This document shows, piece by piece, positions 63,916 through 64,000 of a stretch of 64,000 bases of DNA. Location of the stretch: contig CAWKMU010000003.1 of NCBI GenBank assembly GCA_963850905.1, positions 1,920,001 through 1,984,000 of the forward strand. Direction: 5' to 3'. The notes under the pieces are model-generated. The model was not told the DNA's origin. It saw only the letters and a program-made list of their open reading frames with translations, and searched no databases. Position numbers and translations under genes: made by a program. This stretch comes from an uncultured Gemmatimonadales bacterium (lineage in GTDB: Bacteria; Gemmatimonadota; Gemmatimonadetes; Gemmatimonadales; Gemmatimonadaceae). Within the stretch, counting starts at the first letter, position 1; every line of letters starts with the position of its first letter.

Positions 63916-64000
63916 TCGTACTCCGGTTGAGAGGTTCAGGATACAGCGCCCTGAACTCTCTTCCGCCTCGTAAACTCGGGCCCGCCATCCTGTATCGGCC

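Overview
GC-rich, gene-dense bacterial chromosome segment from a diderm (LPS genes, outer-membrane barrels). Gene content and order suggest Gemmatimonadota or similar, but that is inference only. It is mostly core genome: guaB; an APC permease; nrnA-nifU-mrp-MATE-DUF62; an ECF sigma/zinc anti-sigma envelope operon; a ubiE-ubiD-ubiA-ubiX (mena)quinone cluster; purD-mutM-uvrC-like; a cystathionine lyase; an HD-GYP response regulator; glmM-glmS; dtd-maf; Kdo kinase plus GT9; an FHA-GAF adenylate cyclase; trpE; tRNA-Leu-tig-clpP-clpX-lon-engB; degP; dnaK; rhomboid-deoC-ppk1; and porin-pstC-pstA-pstB-pstB-phoU-ppx. I found no CRISPR array, transposase, prophage or rRNA. The most striking unexplained signal is non-coding: about ten intergenic spacers carry heptamer tandem arrays from several sequence families, usually as a purine-rich left arm and a complementary right arm enclosing a hairpin or terminator, and the G-rich ones are potential G-quadruplexes. 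Also seen: a 72-bp GTAG-REP module in two copies, a SigW-like ECF promoter placed between the sigma and anti-sigma genes, repeated -10 box/ATG (leaderless-like) starts, a structured glmS leader, and single-base frameshifts in glmS and ppk1 that are probably sequencing errors.
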